Source: a virus
DNA length: 64,000 nucleotides
Virus record (IMG/VR): IMGVR_UViG_3300029319_000010
Coordinates: 50,214 to 114,213 of that record
Strand: one strand, 5' to 3'
A program made the translations under genes and the position numbers. This document shows, one piece after another, positions 9,281-18,477 of this stretch. Below the pieces are notes generated by a model, which did no database searches, was not told the origin of the DNA, and was given only the letters and a program-made list of their open reading frames with translations. Position 1 is the first letter of the stretch; each line of letters starts with the position of its first letter.

Positions 9281-9324
9281 ATAACGTCCACATACTACGT
9301 TCAAAGTATGAATTCACTTAAATT
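9281..9324 (+). promoter_or_regulatory. Repeated leader element with H-type pseudoknot, copy 1
   Basis: AACGT/ACGTT and CATACT/AGTATG interleaved; 32/34 identity to copy 2 over 9291-9324. Confidence 0.65.
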
Positions 9325-9337
9325 TAATTAACTAAGA

Positions 9338-9616
9338 ATGGAAACATATGAAATAAGAATCTATCCTCATGAATATATGGATAGAGCTAAACAAGATCAC
9401 TTTGCTGCATTTAATATAGCAGATAAAATATCTAATGTAATAAAATTAATGTTAGATTCTGATACTGAAGTAAAATATATTGATGAATCAACTAATGATA
9501 GTTATCAGTATTTAATACTTAATCCAAATAGTCTTGTTACAAAGGAACTAAGAAAGAAAATAGAATTAGTTTTTCCTAAAGTACATTTTGGAAATAGATG
9601 GAGAGAGGTAGCTTAA
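9338..9616 (+). CDS. Hypothetical early protein
   Basis: ORF track; preceded by the repeated leader, followed by a hairpin. Confidence 0.7.
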   Translation: METYEIRIYPHEYMDRAKQDHFAAFNIADKISNVIKLMLDSDTEVKYIDESTNDSYQYLILNPNSLVTKELRKKIELVFPKVHFGNRWREVA

Positions 9617-9713
9617 TGTTACCTCTTTACTATTGGACCGTAACTCACCTATCTTTGGTTGGGCTTGATCACCTGTAATCATTGATCCAAATGACGTGAG
9701 TGAGGTCCTCATT

Positions 9714-9757
9714 ATAACGCTTGCATACTGCGTTTAAAGTATGAATTCACTTAAATT
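9714..9757 (+). promoter_or_regulatory. Repeated leader element with H-type pseudoknot, copy 2
   Basis: AACGC/GCGTT and CATACT/AGTATG. Confidence 0.65.
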
Positions 9758-9764
9758 AAATGAT

Positions 9765-10031
9765 ATGAACTTAGGAATAAAAATATTTAATAAAGCAATG
9801 TTTAAAAGATTTATGGGATTTGCTGACCAAGGTCAAGTATTTAAAAAGGACGCTCTTTATGTACTTAGAAATGAATGGAAATATTCAGATGGAAGTACAG
9901 GAAAATTCTTTGTTACAGGTAAAATGATTTATCAAGCACTAAATGACTCTACAAGTAATGACAGATTTAGTGATATAGATATTAATCATAAAGATTTTAT
10001 TAATCAAATGATTCTAAATCTTTGCGTGTAA
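9765..10031 (+). CDS. Hypothetical early protein
   Basis: Track start 9741 lies inside the repeated element; in-frame ATG 9765 preferred by analogy with copy 1. Confidence 0.65.
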   Translation: MNLGIKIFNKAMFKRFMGFADQGQVFKKDALYVLRNEWKYSDGSTGKFFVTGKMIYQALNDSTSNDRFSDIDINHKDFINQMILNLCV

Positions 10032-10171
10032 AGTAACAACGTCACCACTGACGTACAAACAATACCAGTATTAAAAGTACTGTTATAGTAAACAGTTGTT
10101 ATGATTGTTTATTTAAGTGGGTAGTGATTAAGGAGGGACATTATAGCTACTGTTCTTCCTTAATCCGTTTT

Positions 10172-10245
10172 GGTCTCATAGCTCAATTGGATAGAGCAAC
10201 AGCCTTCTAAGCTGTAGGTTCTAGGTTCAAGTCCTAGTGGGATCA
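10172..10245 (+). tRNA. tRNA-Arg(UCU), CCA not encoded
   Basis: Acceptor GGTCTCA/TGGGATC, D arm GCTC/GAGC, anticodon arm ACAGC-CTTCTAA-GCTGT, T arm CTAGG-TTCAAGT-CCTAG. Confidence 0.95.
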
Positions 10246-10731
10246 CGAAATAAATTGTATAACTTAATAATAATGACTATGAATCTAAATAATATTTTAA
10301 AGAAACTAATAACAACAGAAGATAGAAAAAACTTACATGACTATGTTTTTAATATGCTATTACACAATACAGATACAGCAGTATTAGAGTATTGTATACA
10401 TGTTATCTGTGAAGATAAAAAGCCAATGAGAATAGATATAGCTGATGATATATGGTTTGACCCTAAAGATAATATGTATGACCTTGAAGATGTACTTATG
10501 TATAAAGATAGATTAATTGATGCTAATCTTATGACTGAAGAAGGTCTACTAAAAGGCAAAATTATATCAGACACAAGTTATAAAGAAGAATGTAACCCTT
10601 ATGCAGCAGAATATAAAGTAGAATTTGGTATGAAAAAGTTTAAAGATATTGATAATACCAACTTCTACAAAGAGATAAGGGTTAAAAGACAAAACATATG
10701 GGGAATAGTAGAACCAGAAGATTTGGTATAG
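10237..10731 (+). CDS. Hypothetical protein (true start probably 10273 or 10279)
   Basis: Track GTG start overlaps the tRNA. Confidence 0.7.
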   Translation: MGSRNKLYNLIIMTMNLNNILKKLITTEDRKNLHDYVFNMLLHNTDTAVLEYCIHVICEDKKPMRIDIADDIWFDPKDNMYDLEDVLMYKDRLIDANLMTEEGLLKGKIISDTSYKEECNPYAAEYKVEFGMKKFKDIDNTNFYKEIRVKRQNIWGIVEPEDLV

Positions 10732-10952
10732 TTGACCATGATGTTGTCACTGATCCTGATTTGTCTCTACAAGCTAAAGGTGTTTATGCAGTCATAAGCA
10801 CCTTTTGCAACACCAACAGAACTTGTTATCCATCCATTGCAACTATTGCAGATTTATGTGATGTGAGTACAAGAACTGTGGATAGAAAGCTTAAAGAATT
10901 GAAAGATAAAGGTTATCTTCATAGAAATGGAAAAATAATTAAATTATTATAG
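10698..10952 (+). CDS. Helix-turn-helix protein (HTH_36-like)
   Basis: LSLQAKGVY...CYPSIATIADLCDVSTRTVDRKLKELKDKGYL. Confidence 0.85.
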   Translation: MGNSRTRRFGIVDHDVVTDPDLSLQAKGVYAVISTFCNTNRTCYPSIATIADLCDVSTRTVDRKLKELKDKGYLHRNGKIIKLL

Positions 10953-11029
10953 CTATATATATGCTATATTTATTTATTGCTGTCTCAATTAGATTAGTAT
11001 AAATAAATATAATAGTATACTTTTGTGCT

Positions 11030-11296
11030 ATGATATATCAATTACCAAACGGGCGTATAATAGAACTGACATTAGAACAATACCTAGATTTAACTGATGA
11101 TGAGTTAAAAGATTTAAACGGTCTAGATTCTAGCTACACTACTGACCCTAAAGGTCCTTTCTATAAATCAATTCTTGATAAAGCAAAGAAAGAAAAGAAA
11201 GATATCTCTTCTTCAGGTAATTATGAACCTGGAGTTGATGAGATATCCAAAGATGATATCATTAATGATGAATATTTTCATCGTGATGATACCTAA
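11030..11296 (+). CDS. Acidic hypothetical protein
   Basis: ORF track; TACTTTTG (-7-like) at 11018-11025. Confidence 0.7.
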   Translation: MIYQLPNGRIIELTLEQYLDLTDDELKDLNGLDSSYTTDPKGPFYKSILDKAKKEKKDISSSGNYEPGVDEISKDDIINDEYFHRDDT

Positions 11297-11329
11297 ACAA
11301 CCAAATTAATTAACTAAATATTTTTAAAA

Positions 11330-11917
11330 ATGATTGAAAACAACCAACCAGTTGTCATTTCACGTGATGAAAGTGGCAACATTATTAGAGTATCAAAGAA
11401 CAATCCTGAATACGGCTTTGTTAGAGTAGAGCAACCAACTTTTGCAATAGCAGGAGGATGGGTAGATGACAAAACTAGATCTGCAATTATCAACGGTAAG
11501 CTTGAAAAACTACAAAGAATGCTACCAGCGTTAGAAAAAAATGAAAAGAACTTAAAAGGACAAATTATTATTACTGAACAGTTTGATCCATTCTTTACTA
11601 ACACTGAACATCCTAAGTATGAGCAATTAAGAGATAAAAATCTTAAAGTTGCAGGTGATACAGGTGTAGTTCTTAAAGGTGTAGATCCTGAAACAGGTGA
11701 AGAAAGACCTATTTATAGAAAAACTGAATTCACTAGTGATATGAATGCTACTGATACTTTTATTTCTCACATTAACAGTGATGAGATAAGAGCAGCACAA
11801 GCAGGAACTACAACTAAAGAAGCAAAAGAAGATTTCATGGCAGCAGCAGAAGAAGCTGACAAAGAAGTTGAGAAAGAAGAAGAAGTAGAAATGCAAGATG
11901 AAACTTTTGAGCTATAG
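11330..11917 (+). CDS. Putative single-stranded DNA-binding protein
   Basis: Beta-rich core plus long acidic tail ending DETFEL; followed by a terminator. Confidence 0.5.
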   Translation: MIENNQPVVISRDESGNIIRVSKNNPEYGFVRVEQPTFAIAGGWVDDKTRSAIINGKLEKLQRMLPALEKNEKNLKGQIIITEQFDPFFTNTEHPKYEQLRDKNLKVAGDTGVVLKGVDPETGEERPIYRKTEFTSDMNATDTFISHINSDEIRAAQAGTTTKEAKEDFMAAAEEADKEVEKEEEVEMQDETFEL

Positions 11918-11960
11918 GTCTGTTAACACCTTAAGTTAATAATTTATTTCAAGTGAATTA

Positions 11961-11989
11961 GGGATTGTTAGAAATAGCAATCCCTTTTT
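11961..11989 (+). terminator. Intrinsic terminator
   Basis: GGGATTGTTA-GAAA-TAGCAATCCC-TTTTT. Confidence 0.85.
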
Positions 11990-12017
11990 CTTTATACAAA
12001 CATTTAAATAAATAATC

Positions 12018-12503
12018 ATGTTAGATAAAAATCAAGCAAATAAAATAAAATTACAACAAAGAAAAGATAGATACGAATACATGGGTTTACTAACTGAGTA
12101 TCAATTAGTTATGAACACAGGTAGTTTCGTTGAGTATACTAAATTAAATCCAAAGCAACACTTTATATTTAAAAGAGTATTGCATGGTCTAAAGATGTAT
12201 AATGAAGCAGAGATTGCTAAAATGCATTGGGATAAAAAGAGAAGAGTGATTAAAGTATGGAAGCGTGGTCAAGAGGTTATTAATGAGTTAAAACAATGGG
12301 TAGCTTATAAGCAAGTTCAACCTATTTTTCGTATATTTGCTAAGTCTGAATTAGGCAGGGCAATATATGAATCTGAGTTTGAATATTTACCAGACTACAG
12401 GAATAAACATACACTTAAAGACTTAGGATTAAACTATTCAGATTTAATTCTAAAGTTTATGAGTGTAGGATTAGTTCCTAAAAACTTTTATAGTTTAAAA
12501 TGA
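12018..12503 (+). CDS. Hypothetical protein
   Basis: ORF track, 161 aa. Confidence 0.75.
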   Translation: MLDKNQANKIKLQQRKDRYEYMGLLTEYQLVMNTGSFVEYTKLNPKQHFIFKRVLHGLKMYNEAEIAKMHWDKKRRVIKVWKRGQEVINELKQWVAYKQVQPIFRIFAKSELGRAIYESEFEYLPDYRNKHTLKDLGLNYSDLILKFMSVGLVPKNFYSLK

Positions 12504-12763
12504 GACAGAAATCAAAAAAAATGCAGAAGCTTGATGCAAAGTATAGTAAATTAAGGAGGGTATTTCTTGATGACTATCCTATGTGTCAAGCTGCACTGCC
12601 TAAATGTACTGTTAAATCTACAGATGTGCATCATAAGAAAGGTAGGGGGATCTACCATAATGATGTAAGTACGTGGTTATCAGTATGTAGGAACTGTCAC
12701 AACTGGATAGAACTAAATCCAGTAGAGGCAGAAGAATTAGGATTTTCAATTAAAAGAATATGA
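12500..12763 (+). CDS. HNH-family Zn-binding endonuclease
   Basis: CQAALPKC...DVHHKKGRG...VCRNCHNWI. Confidence 0.75.
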   Translation: MRQKSKKMQKLDAKYSKLRRVFLDDYPMCQAALPKCTVKSTDVHHKKGRGIYHNDVSTWLSVCRNCHNWIELNPVEAEELGFSIKRI

Positions 12764-12996
12764 TTAAATTATTACAATACTTAGCAGTAACTTTAAAAAG
12801 AGAAGATTTATATAATCTTGCAATGTTTTTGTCAGAGAATCCTGACATTATAGATCAAGAAACTTTAATGCATATAGTAGATGAAGTTGATGGATGGAAC
12901 AGTAACAATGAACTGTACCGTGAAGAACACAATAAACTTATTGAAGATAAAAAACTTAAAGATTTATTAAGAGATAATAACATTAATTTAAATTAA
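12760..12996 (+). CDS. Hypothetical protein
   Basis: ORF track; ATGA-coupled. Confidence 0.65.
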   Translation: MIKLLQYLAVTLKREDLYNLAMFLSENPDIIDQETLMHIVDEVDGWNSNNELYREEHNKLIEDKKLKDLLRDNNINLN

Positions 12997-12997
12997 G

Positions 12998-13195
12998 ATG
13001 AGAAAAAAAATTTTTAATATGAGTAAACATTTATTAGTATTACTTATAATGTTAACAGCACTTAGTTGCGGATCATACGGTATGTTTTATACACTATTTC
13101 ATGGATGGGTATACATAATATTATTTATAATTAGTGGTGCATCATTTGCACTTAGTATGTTTATACTATATACACTTTCTAATCAATCAAAATAA
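12998..13195 (+). CDS. Small two-TM membrane protein
   Basis: Two hydrophobic stretches. Confidence 0.6.
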   Translation: MRKKIFNMSKHLLVLLIMLTALSCGSYGMFYTLFHGWVYIILFIISGASFALSMFILYTLSNQSK

Positions 13196-14301
13196 TGGAA
13201 GTGAAGGAAATATCAAGAGATAAAGTACAAGCTGATGCATTAGATGTAGCAATACAGAATGTAAGAGCAACTCTAGCAGTATCTATGGGAGTAGGTAAAA
13301 CTAGAGTTGCTATTCAGCATTTAATGAAACTATATGATTCTTTTATAAGGGTGTTAGTTGTTGTACCAAAGTGGTCTGTAAAAGATTCTTGGGAAGATGA
13401 ACTACAAAAGATGGGTGAGCTTAGACTTGTACATCATATAGAGTTTTGCACATACTTATCATTAAATAAAAAGAATCCAAATGATTATGATATAGTCTAT
13501 CTTGATGAATGTCATAGCTTATTAGAATCACATGAATCATTTCTCTCTGAGTTTAAAGGTAGAATACTGGGACTTACTGGTACACCACCAAGATCAGGAG
13601 AGAAGCTAAAGATGGTTAATAAGTATTGTCCTGTTAAATATACATTTAGTGTAGATGATGCAGCTGACAATGATATACTTAATGACTATCAGATTATAGT
13701 ACATGAACTTGAATTATCAAGAGTAAAAAATGTTAAGAAGTCTACAAGAGATGGAAGAACATGGTATACATCTGAGAAAGCAGATTATGATTACTTTACT
13801 GGTGCACTGGGAGATGCACAAACACCAAAGCAGAAACAATATTTATCTATTATGCGTATGAAAGCAATGATGGATTATCCTACTAAAGAAAATTATGCTA
13901 AAGGTATAATTAAAAATATAGGATCTAAATGTATTGTCTTTGCTAATACGCAAGCACAAGCAGATAGAATGTGTCAACATAGTTATCATTCTAAAAACAC
14001 TGCATCGGAGGATAACTTACAGTTATTTAGTGATGGTAGAATAGATAAGCTATCTTGTGTATTACAACTAAGTGAGGGAGTTACTATACCTAACTTACGT
14101 CAAGGTATTATTATGCATGCATATGGCAATGAAAGAAAATCAGCACAACGTATTGGTAGGTTGCTGCGACTTAATCCTACTGAGACTGCTACATGTCATA
14201 TATTATGTTATAAGAATACACAAGATGTTAAGTGGGTTAACTCCGCACTTAGTTCTTTTGATGAAACTAAAGTTAAATATTATAATCCGTTAAATAAATG
14301 A
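13195..14301 (+). CDS. Superfamily 2 DExH helicase
   Basis: MGVGKT, LDECH, GLTGT, LSEGVTIP, QRIGRLLR. Confidence 0.92.
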   Translation: MEVKEISRDKVQADALDVAIQNVRATLAVSMGVGKTRVAIQHLMKLYDSFIRVLVVVPKWSVKDSWEDELQKMGELRLVHHIEFCTYLSLNKKNPNDYDIVYLDECHSLLESHESFLSEFKGRILGLTGTPPRSGEKLKMVNKYCPVKYTFSVDDAADNDILNDYQIIVHELELSRVKNVKKSTRDGRTWYTSEKADYDYFTGALGDAQTPKQKQYLSIMRMKAMMDYPTKENYAKGIIKNIGSKCIVFANTQAQADRMCQHSYHSKNTASEDNLQLFSDGRIDKLSCVLQLSEGVTIPNLRQGIIMHAYGNERKSAQRIGRLLRLNPTETATCHILCYKNTQDVKWVNSALSSFDETKVKYYNPLNK

Positions 14302-14417
14302 CAGAATTAATTGCACTTGGCACAGCCCTTATCCTTGCGTTAGGGGCTGGTGTCATTATAGGAATGTACGTTACAACACAAATAGGATCATGGATAGACA
14401 AGAACACCAAGAAATAA
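14298..14417 (+). CDS. 39-aa single-TM peptide (not in ORF track)
   Basis: MTELIALGTALILALGAGVIIGMYVTTQIGSWIDKNTKK; ATGA overlap with the helicase stop. Confidence 0.65.
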   Translation: MTELIALGTALILALGAGVIIGMYVTTQIGSWIDKNTKK

Positions 14418-14596
14418 TTTGTTGCTTATGTAATAAAAAGTTTACAGGTTATGGACATAATCCATTACCTCTATATAATTCAGAAGGAAGAGCTTGTTCT
14501 GCATGTAATATGTTAAAAGTTATTCCTGCAAGGTTAATACTAAAAAATCATAGAGATGGGAAAGATGAAAAACATCTACATTCAGATGAAGAATGA
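14390..14596 (+). CDS. Small Zn-ribbon protein
   Basis: CCLC...GHNPLPL...CSACN. Confidence 0.6.
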   Translation: MDRQEHQEIICCLCNKKFTGYGHNPLPLYNSEGRACSACNMLKVIPARLILKNHRDGKDEKHLHSDEE

Positions 14597-14690
14597 AAAC
14601 TGGAAGGGAACTCCAGCAGAATACTTAAAGAAAATAATTAAAGAAAAAGAATATAAAAAAAATGTTGAAGAATTATACAAAAAGAATTAA
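14556..14690 (+). CDS. 44-aa hypothetical protein (not in ORF track)
   Basis: MGKMKNIYIQMKNENWKGTPAEYLKKIIKEKEYKKNVEELYKKN. Confidence 0.5.
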   Translation: MGKMKNIYIQMKNENWKGTPAEYLKKIIKEKEYKKNVEELYKKN

Positions 14691-14916
14691 TGAATGGGAT
14701 CTAGATATAGAATATAAATATATACCAGCTGAACTTGCTACACATGACTATCCTGGTACAGGATCTACTGTAGAAATAGGAGCTATTTACTTATGGAATG
14801 ATGCTATAAATGTATCAACTGATGAACCGGTTGATATGTCTAGTTTCTTTTATGAGTTGTGTCCAGAGACAATGTATGAGTTAGAAAAAGAAATAACAGA
14901 ATATCATGAAGGGTAA
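14662..14916 (+). CDS. Acidic hypothetical protein
   Basis: ORF track. Confidence 0.6.
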   Translation: MLKNYTKRINEWDLDIEYKYIPAELATHDYPGTGSTVEIGAIYLWNDAINVSTDEPVDMSSFFYELCPETMYELEKEITEYHEG

Positions 14917-15289
14917 TTTCTTTTCAATATTAAAGAAAGTGGATGGAGAACTTGTCCACACTATAAAAGCAAAAGGTACACTCTATAAGAATTGGGTTAA
15001 AGAGTTACCTGAAGATACAAAGGTAGAAATATTTGTTAGTGTGGCTGGAGAAGATGGAACTAATGCACAACTTGCAAAGATCCATGCTATGATCAGAGAG
15101 TTAGCAAATGAAGTTGGCCATACCTTTAATGAAATTAAACTTGAGGCTAAGAGAAATACAGGTTTATGTTTTGTTAGAGATAAGCAAGAGTATTGTAAAT
15201 CATTTAAGGACTGCAGTAAGCAAGAATTAAATCTAGTTATACAGTCCTTAATTGAAATGGGGGATTTTGCTAATACTAATCTTCGTTAG
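14906..15289 (+). CDS. NinB/YbcN-like protein
   Basis: TNAQLAKIHAMIRELANEVGHT...SFKDCSKQELNLVI. Confidence 0.55.
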   Translation: MKGNFFSILKKVDGELVHTIKAKGTLYKNWVKELPEDTKVEIFVSVAGEDGTNAQLAKIHAMIRELANEVGHTFNEIKLEAKRNTGLCFVRDKQEYCKSFKDCSKQELNLVIQSLIEMGDFANTNLR

Positions 15290-15869
15290 TTTTTTTATCC
15301 TTGTCAGTGATACCTTCTATAGGTTTATAGTCTTTAGTTATGTTGTCTATTTCTTCTTGAGTAACTTCATAACTAGGATCATCTTGTAGTTTACCTATAA
15401 ACTCTGTTATATTATCTCCTATAGATTGATTTGTAGCTAATAATTTTCCTTGTTCTTGAGCTTGAAAATTTATTTCAGTTAATATACTCATTAGACACCA
15501 TATAGCCATATCTCCAGATGTTATCTTTTTAGGATCTTTTATACCTTCAAAGTCTGTTTGTATATTGAGCATGGCTCTTAATACTTCATCTTTAGACATT
15601 CTAGACATACAAAAGTTTAATGTATCTTGGATAGCATTTTTAAATGTACCTGATATAGGTATATTTATAATAGCTTCATTAGGAATTACAAAAGATTTTT
15701 GTTTGTATGTATCAGAGTTTCTTAATTCATGTTGTTTTTTTCTCATTGCTTCCCATTCAGCCTGATCTTTGGCTATATATGGGTCTTTGAGCTTTTTCAT
15801 TTCTTCTTCAGAAATAATTTTAATTTTTTTATTTATTTCTTCTGGAGTTTGTTCTTTTTTCTTAGCCAT
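15276..15869 (-). CDS. Hypothetical protein, lone inverted gene in the replication region
   Basis: Start moved to MAKKKEQ; has its own TATATTTG promoter match. Confidence 0.75.
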   Translation of the reverse strand: MAKKKEQTPEEINKKIKIISEEEMKKLKDPYIAKDQAEWEAMRKKQHELRNSDTYKQKSFVIPNEAIINIPISGTFKNAIQDTLNFCMSRMSKDEVLRAMLNIQTDFEGIKDPKKITSGDMAIWCLMSILTEINFQAQEQGKLLATNQSIGDNITEFIGKLQDDPSYEVTQEEIDNITKDYKPIEGITDKDKKTNED

Positions 15870-15887
15870 AATAATATTATTTATAAA

Positions 15888-15930
15888 CAAATATATAGAT
15901 AATAATATTAATAAAAAAATATTATATTTG
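15888..15930. promoter_or_regulatory. Back-to-back TAnnTTTG promoters
   Basis: TATATTTG on minus (15888-15895) and plus (15923-15930). Confidence 0.7.
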
Positions 15931-15949
15931 TAAACTTAAAAAAATCAAA

Positions 15950-16495
15950 ATGTTTAAAGAAGATATGTTGAATATGACAAATGATATTCATAACTTTAAG
16001 AATTCATTTGAATCAAAATACAATAAAAATATAAGTATATTAGTGACAGAAAATTCTGATGTTGTTGTAAATGTAAAACAATGGCAAGATGAAATAGAGG
16101 CCATGAAAGATGCACATCAGGATAGAACTATACAGATACTAGAAAAACTAGTATTAAGTACAATGCGTACATTATATCCTGAATTTAAAGGATGGAGATC
16201 TTTAGGTAAAGATTGTAGAATAAGAGAGTTTGTAATATTTAAACAACTTTTTTGTTATATGTGTAATAGAATAGGATTTACACTACAATATACAGGTAAC
16301 CATATTAATAAACATCATGCTAGTGTATTACATAGTATTAGACAAGTAGAAGGTTTATTAGATATTGGTGACCCTCAAATGTGTGAAGCTTATAATAAAT
16401 TAAAAGAAAATATTAAAAATTATGTTAGAACTATTCCAGAAGATATTAAAAGACAAGCTTACACCCAACCAATTACTTCTTTTGTATGGGATTAA
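15950..16495 (+). CDS. Protein with DnaA C-terminal-like HTH domain
   Basis: RIREFVIFKQLFCY...TLQYTGNHINKHHASVLHSIRQVE. Confidence 0.7.
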   Translation: MFKEDMLNMTNDIHNFKNSFESKYNKNISILVTENSDVVVNVKQWQDEIEAMKDAHQDRTIQILEKLVLSTMRTLYPEFKGWRSLGKDCRIREFVIFKQLFCYMCNRIGFTLQYTGNHINKHHASVLHSIRQVEGLLDIGDPQMCEAYNKLKENIKNYVRTIPEDIKRQAYTQPITSFVWD

Positions 16496-17027
16496 GAATA
16501 GCATTTCTTTTCCTAATTACCCTGAAGCTAAACAGTATGATGTAGGTCAATTAATTAAGTTAGGTTTATTAGCATTTAAAGAAGGAGCAAACTATTATGT
16601 AACGCCAAAAGGTAAATCTATTGTTACAAAGTATAATAATTTATACAAAGTAGCAAAGAAGAGAACTACTAAACAGTTATTGGGTGAAAACTATACAGAA
16701 TTTCTTAAGCTATATAGAGAAGCATTTCCTAAAGGTAAACTACCAAGTGGTAAACCTGCAAGAGTTAATATGAGAACATTAGAAAATTGTTTTAGATGGT
16801 TCTTTGAAACTTATGATTATACTTGGGATGAAATTGCACAAGCTACTCTTATGTATGTAAGTGAGTATGAAGATAAAGAGTATATGTATATGAAAACAAG
16901 TCAATACTTTGTCTGTAAACAAGACAAACATAAAGTAAAACATTCAGAGCTAGCTGATTATTGTGATATGGTACGTGATGGTATACAACCTGATACTAAT
17001 GAACCTTTTAAAGAGAAAGTTGTATGA
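16422..17027 (+). CDS. Putative replication initiator or helicase loader
   Basis: N-terminal wHTH (LIKLGLL...YYVTPKG); directly upstream of dnaB. Confidence 0.5.
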   Translation: MLELFQKILKDKLTPNQLLLLYGIKNSISFPNYPEAKQYDVGQLIKLGLLAFKEGANYYVTPKGKSIVTKYNNLYKVAKKRTTKQLLGENYTEFLKLYREAFPKGKLPSGKPARVNMRTLENCFRWFFETYDYTWDEIAQATLMYVSEYEDKEYMYMKTSQYFVCKQDKHKVKHSELADYCDMVRDGIQPDTNEPFKEKVV

Positions 17028-17977
17028 GTAAAATTAAACCAGCATGGGACGGACAATATCAGTCTTTTAATGAAGCACTGAAATATATGCTAGCTAGGCA
17101 GAGTGGTAAAGAGAAATCTATACAAACACCATGGCCTAAGTTTAATGATGCTATTACAGATGGATTAGAATGGAACACTCTTACTGTGATTGGTGGTAGA
17201 CCAGGATCAGGTAAAACTTTGATTAAAGATCAAATAATACGTGAGTCTTTCATTCTTAATCCTGAAGAAGAATATAGAGTACTTGAATTTCAATTTGAGA
17301 TGGTAGGTAGAACATCAGCACTTAGAGAGTTTAGTTCTTTAACAGGTAAAACTTATAAAGAATTATGTAGTGCTGGTACTAAATTAACTAAGGATACATT
17401 TGACCAATGTCATATGTATGCAAAGAATAGGATTAAGAGTCCTGTTGATATTATTAGTACACCTATGACTGTTAATCAAATGAGAGATCAAGTTGATATC
17501 TATATGAATATACATCAAAAGAAAACTATTATCACCTTAGATCATAGTATTCTTGTTAAGAGAGCACCTTATCAAAACAATAGATTAGATATGTTGTTTG
17601 AACTAGGTGAGTTCTTTACTGAAGTTAAACGTAAATATCCTTGTATGTTTATATGTTTATCACAATTAAATAGGAACATAGATAATCCTGATAGAGCACA
17701 GAATGGTAAGTATGGTAACTATGTATTAGAATCAGATATATTTGGTTCAGATGCAATGCTACAACATGCTGATACCTTAATTGGTATTAACCGTCCTGCT
17801 AAACAAAAGATTAGATACTATGGTCCTGATAGATTTATAATAGAGGATGATAGAACTCTTGTATTACATTTTCTAAAAGCAAGGAATGGTGATACACGTA
17901 TGAGTTTCTTCAGAGCAGAATTTGAAAATATGAAAATAACTGAGATGGATACACCACCTCAACAAGAAAGAAGATAA
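17024..17977 (+). CDS. dnaB: DnaB-like replicative helicase
   Basis: GGRPGSGKT, FEM, LDH, LSQLNR, KARNG. Confidence 0.92.
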   Translation: MSKIKPAWDGQYQSFNEALKYMLARQSGKEKSIQTPWPKFNDAITDGLEWNTLTVIGGRPGSGKTLIKDQIIRESFILNPEEEYRVLEFQFEMVGRTSALREFSSLTGKTYKELCSAGTKLTKDTFDQCHMYAKNRIKSPVDIISTPMTVNQMRDQVDIYMNIHQKKTIITLDHSILVKRAPYQNNRLDMLFELGEFFTEVKRKYPCMFICLSQLNRNIDNPDRAQNGKYGNYVLESDIFGSDAMLQHADTLIGINRPAKQKIRYYGPDRFIIEDDRTLVLHFLKARNGDTRMSFFRAEFENMKITEMDTPPQQERR

Positions 17978-18477
17978 TGATTAAAACTAAAAGTATGACT
18001 CCACAAGAGCGTAAAGCAAAAGTATTAGAATTAAGAAAAGAGCATGAAGATTACTTTCAAAAAGAAGGTAATGTAAATGCATTATATATTCCTAAGATGG
18101 CATATAGACCATCTGGTAAAGATGAACTACACGTATCATTCTTTCCAAGTGAGTTTCAAAAGGGTAGAGATATCTATACTGAGTTTGTTAGTATAGAGTA
18201 TGACTCTGAAGATCCTAAAAGAACTTTGTATTTATTAAAACATAATCCTGATTGGTCAAATGATTATGAGATAGTAACTAGTAGTTCAGGATTTGAAAGA
18301 CATATTGTTCCTGTAAGTAAGTTGATAGTTATTAATGATATTACAGATAGAGTTAAGATTGATTCACTAATTAATCCAGTGCCTGAAATTAAAAATCCAG
18401 ATGAAAGAGATATAGTAGATGTTCTTAAAGGTATTGAAAGAGCATTATTAAGTATAAACCAAAAATTAAGTAAATAA
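17977..18477 (+). CDS. Hypothetical protein
   Basis: ORF track. Confidence 0.75.
   Translation: MIKTKSMTPQERKAKVLELRKEHEDYFQKEGNVNALYIPKMAYRPSGKDELHVSFFPSEFQKGRDIYTEFVSIEYDSEDPKRTLYLLKHNPDWSNDYEIVTSSSGFERHIVPVSKLIVINDITDRVKIDSLINPVPEIKNPDERDIVDVLKGIERALLSINQKLSK

Noticed and set aside
8640-9290. tmRNA, RNase P RNA, 6S RNA or extra tRNAs in the structured region
   Set aside because: No tRNA-like ends, T-loop cloverleaf or RNase P P4 signature recognised
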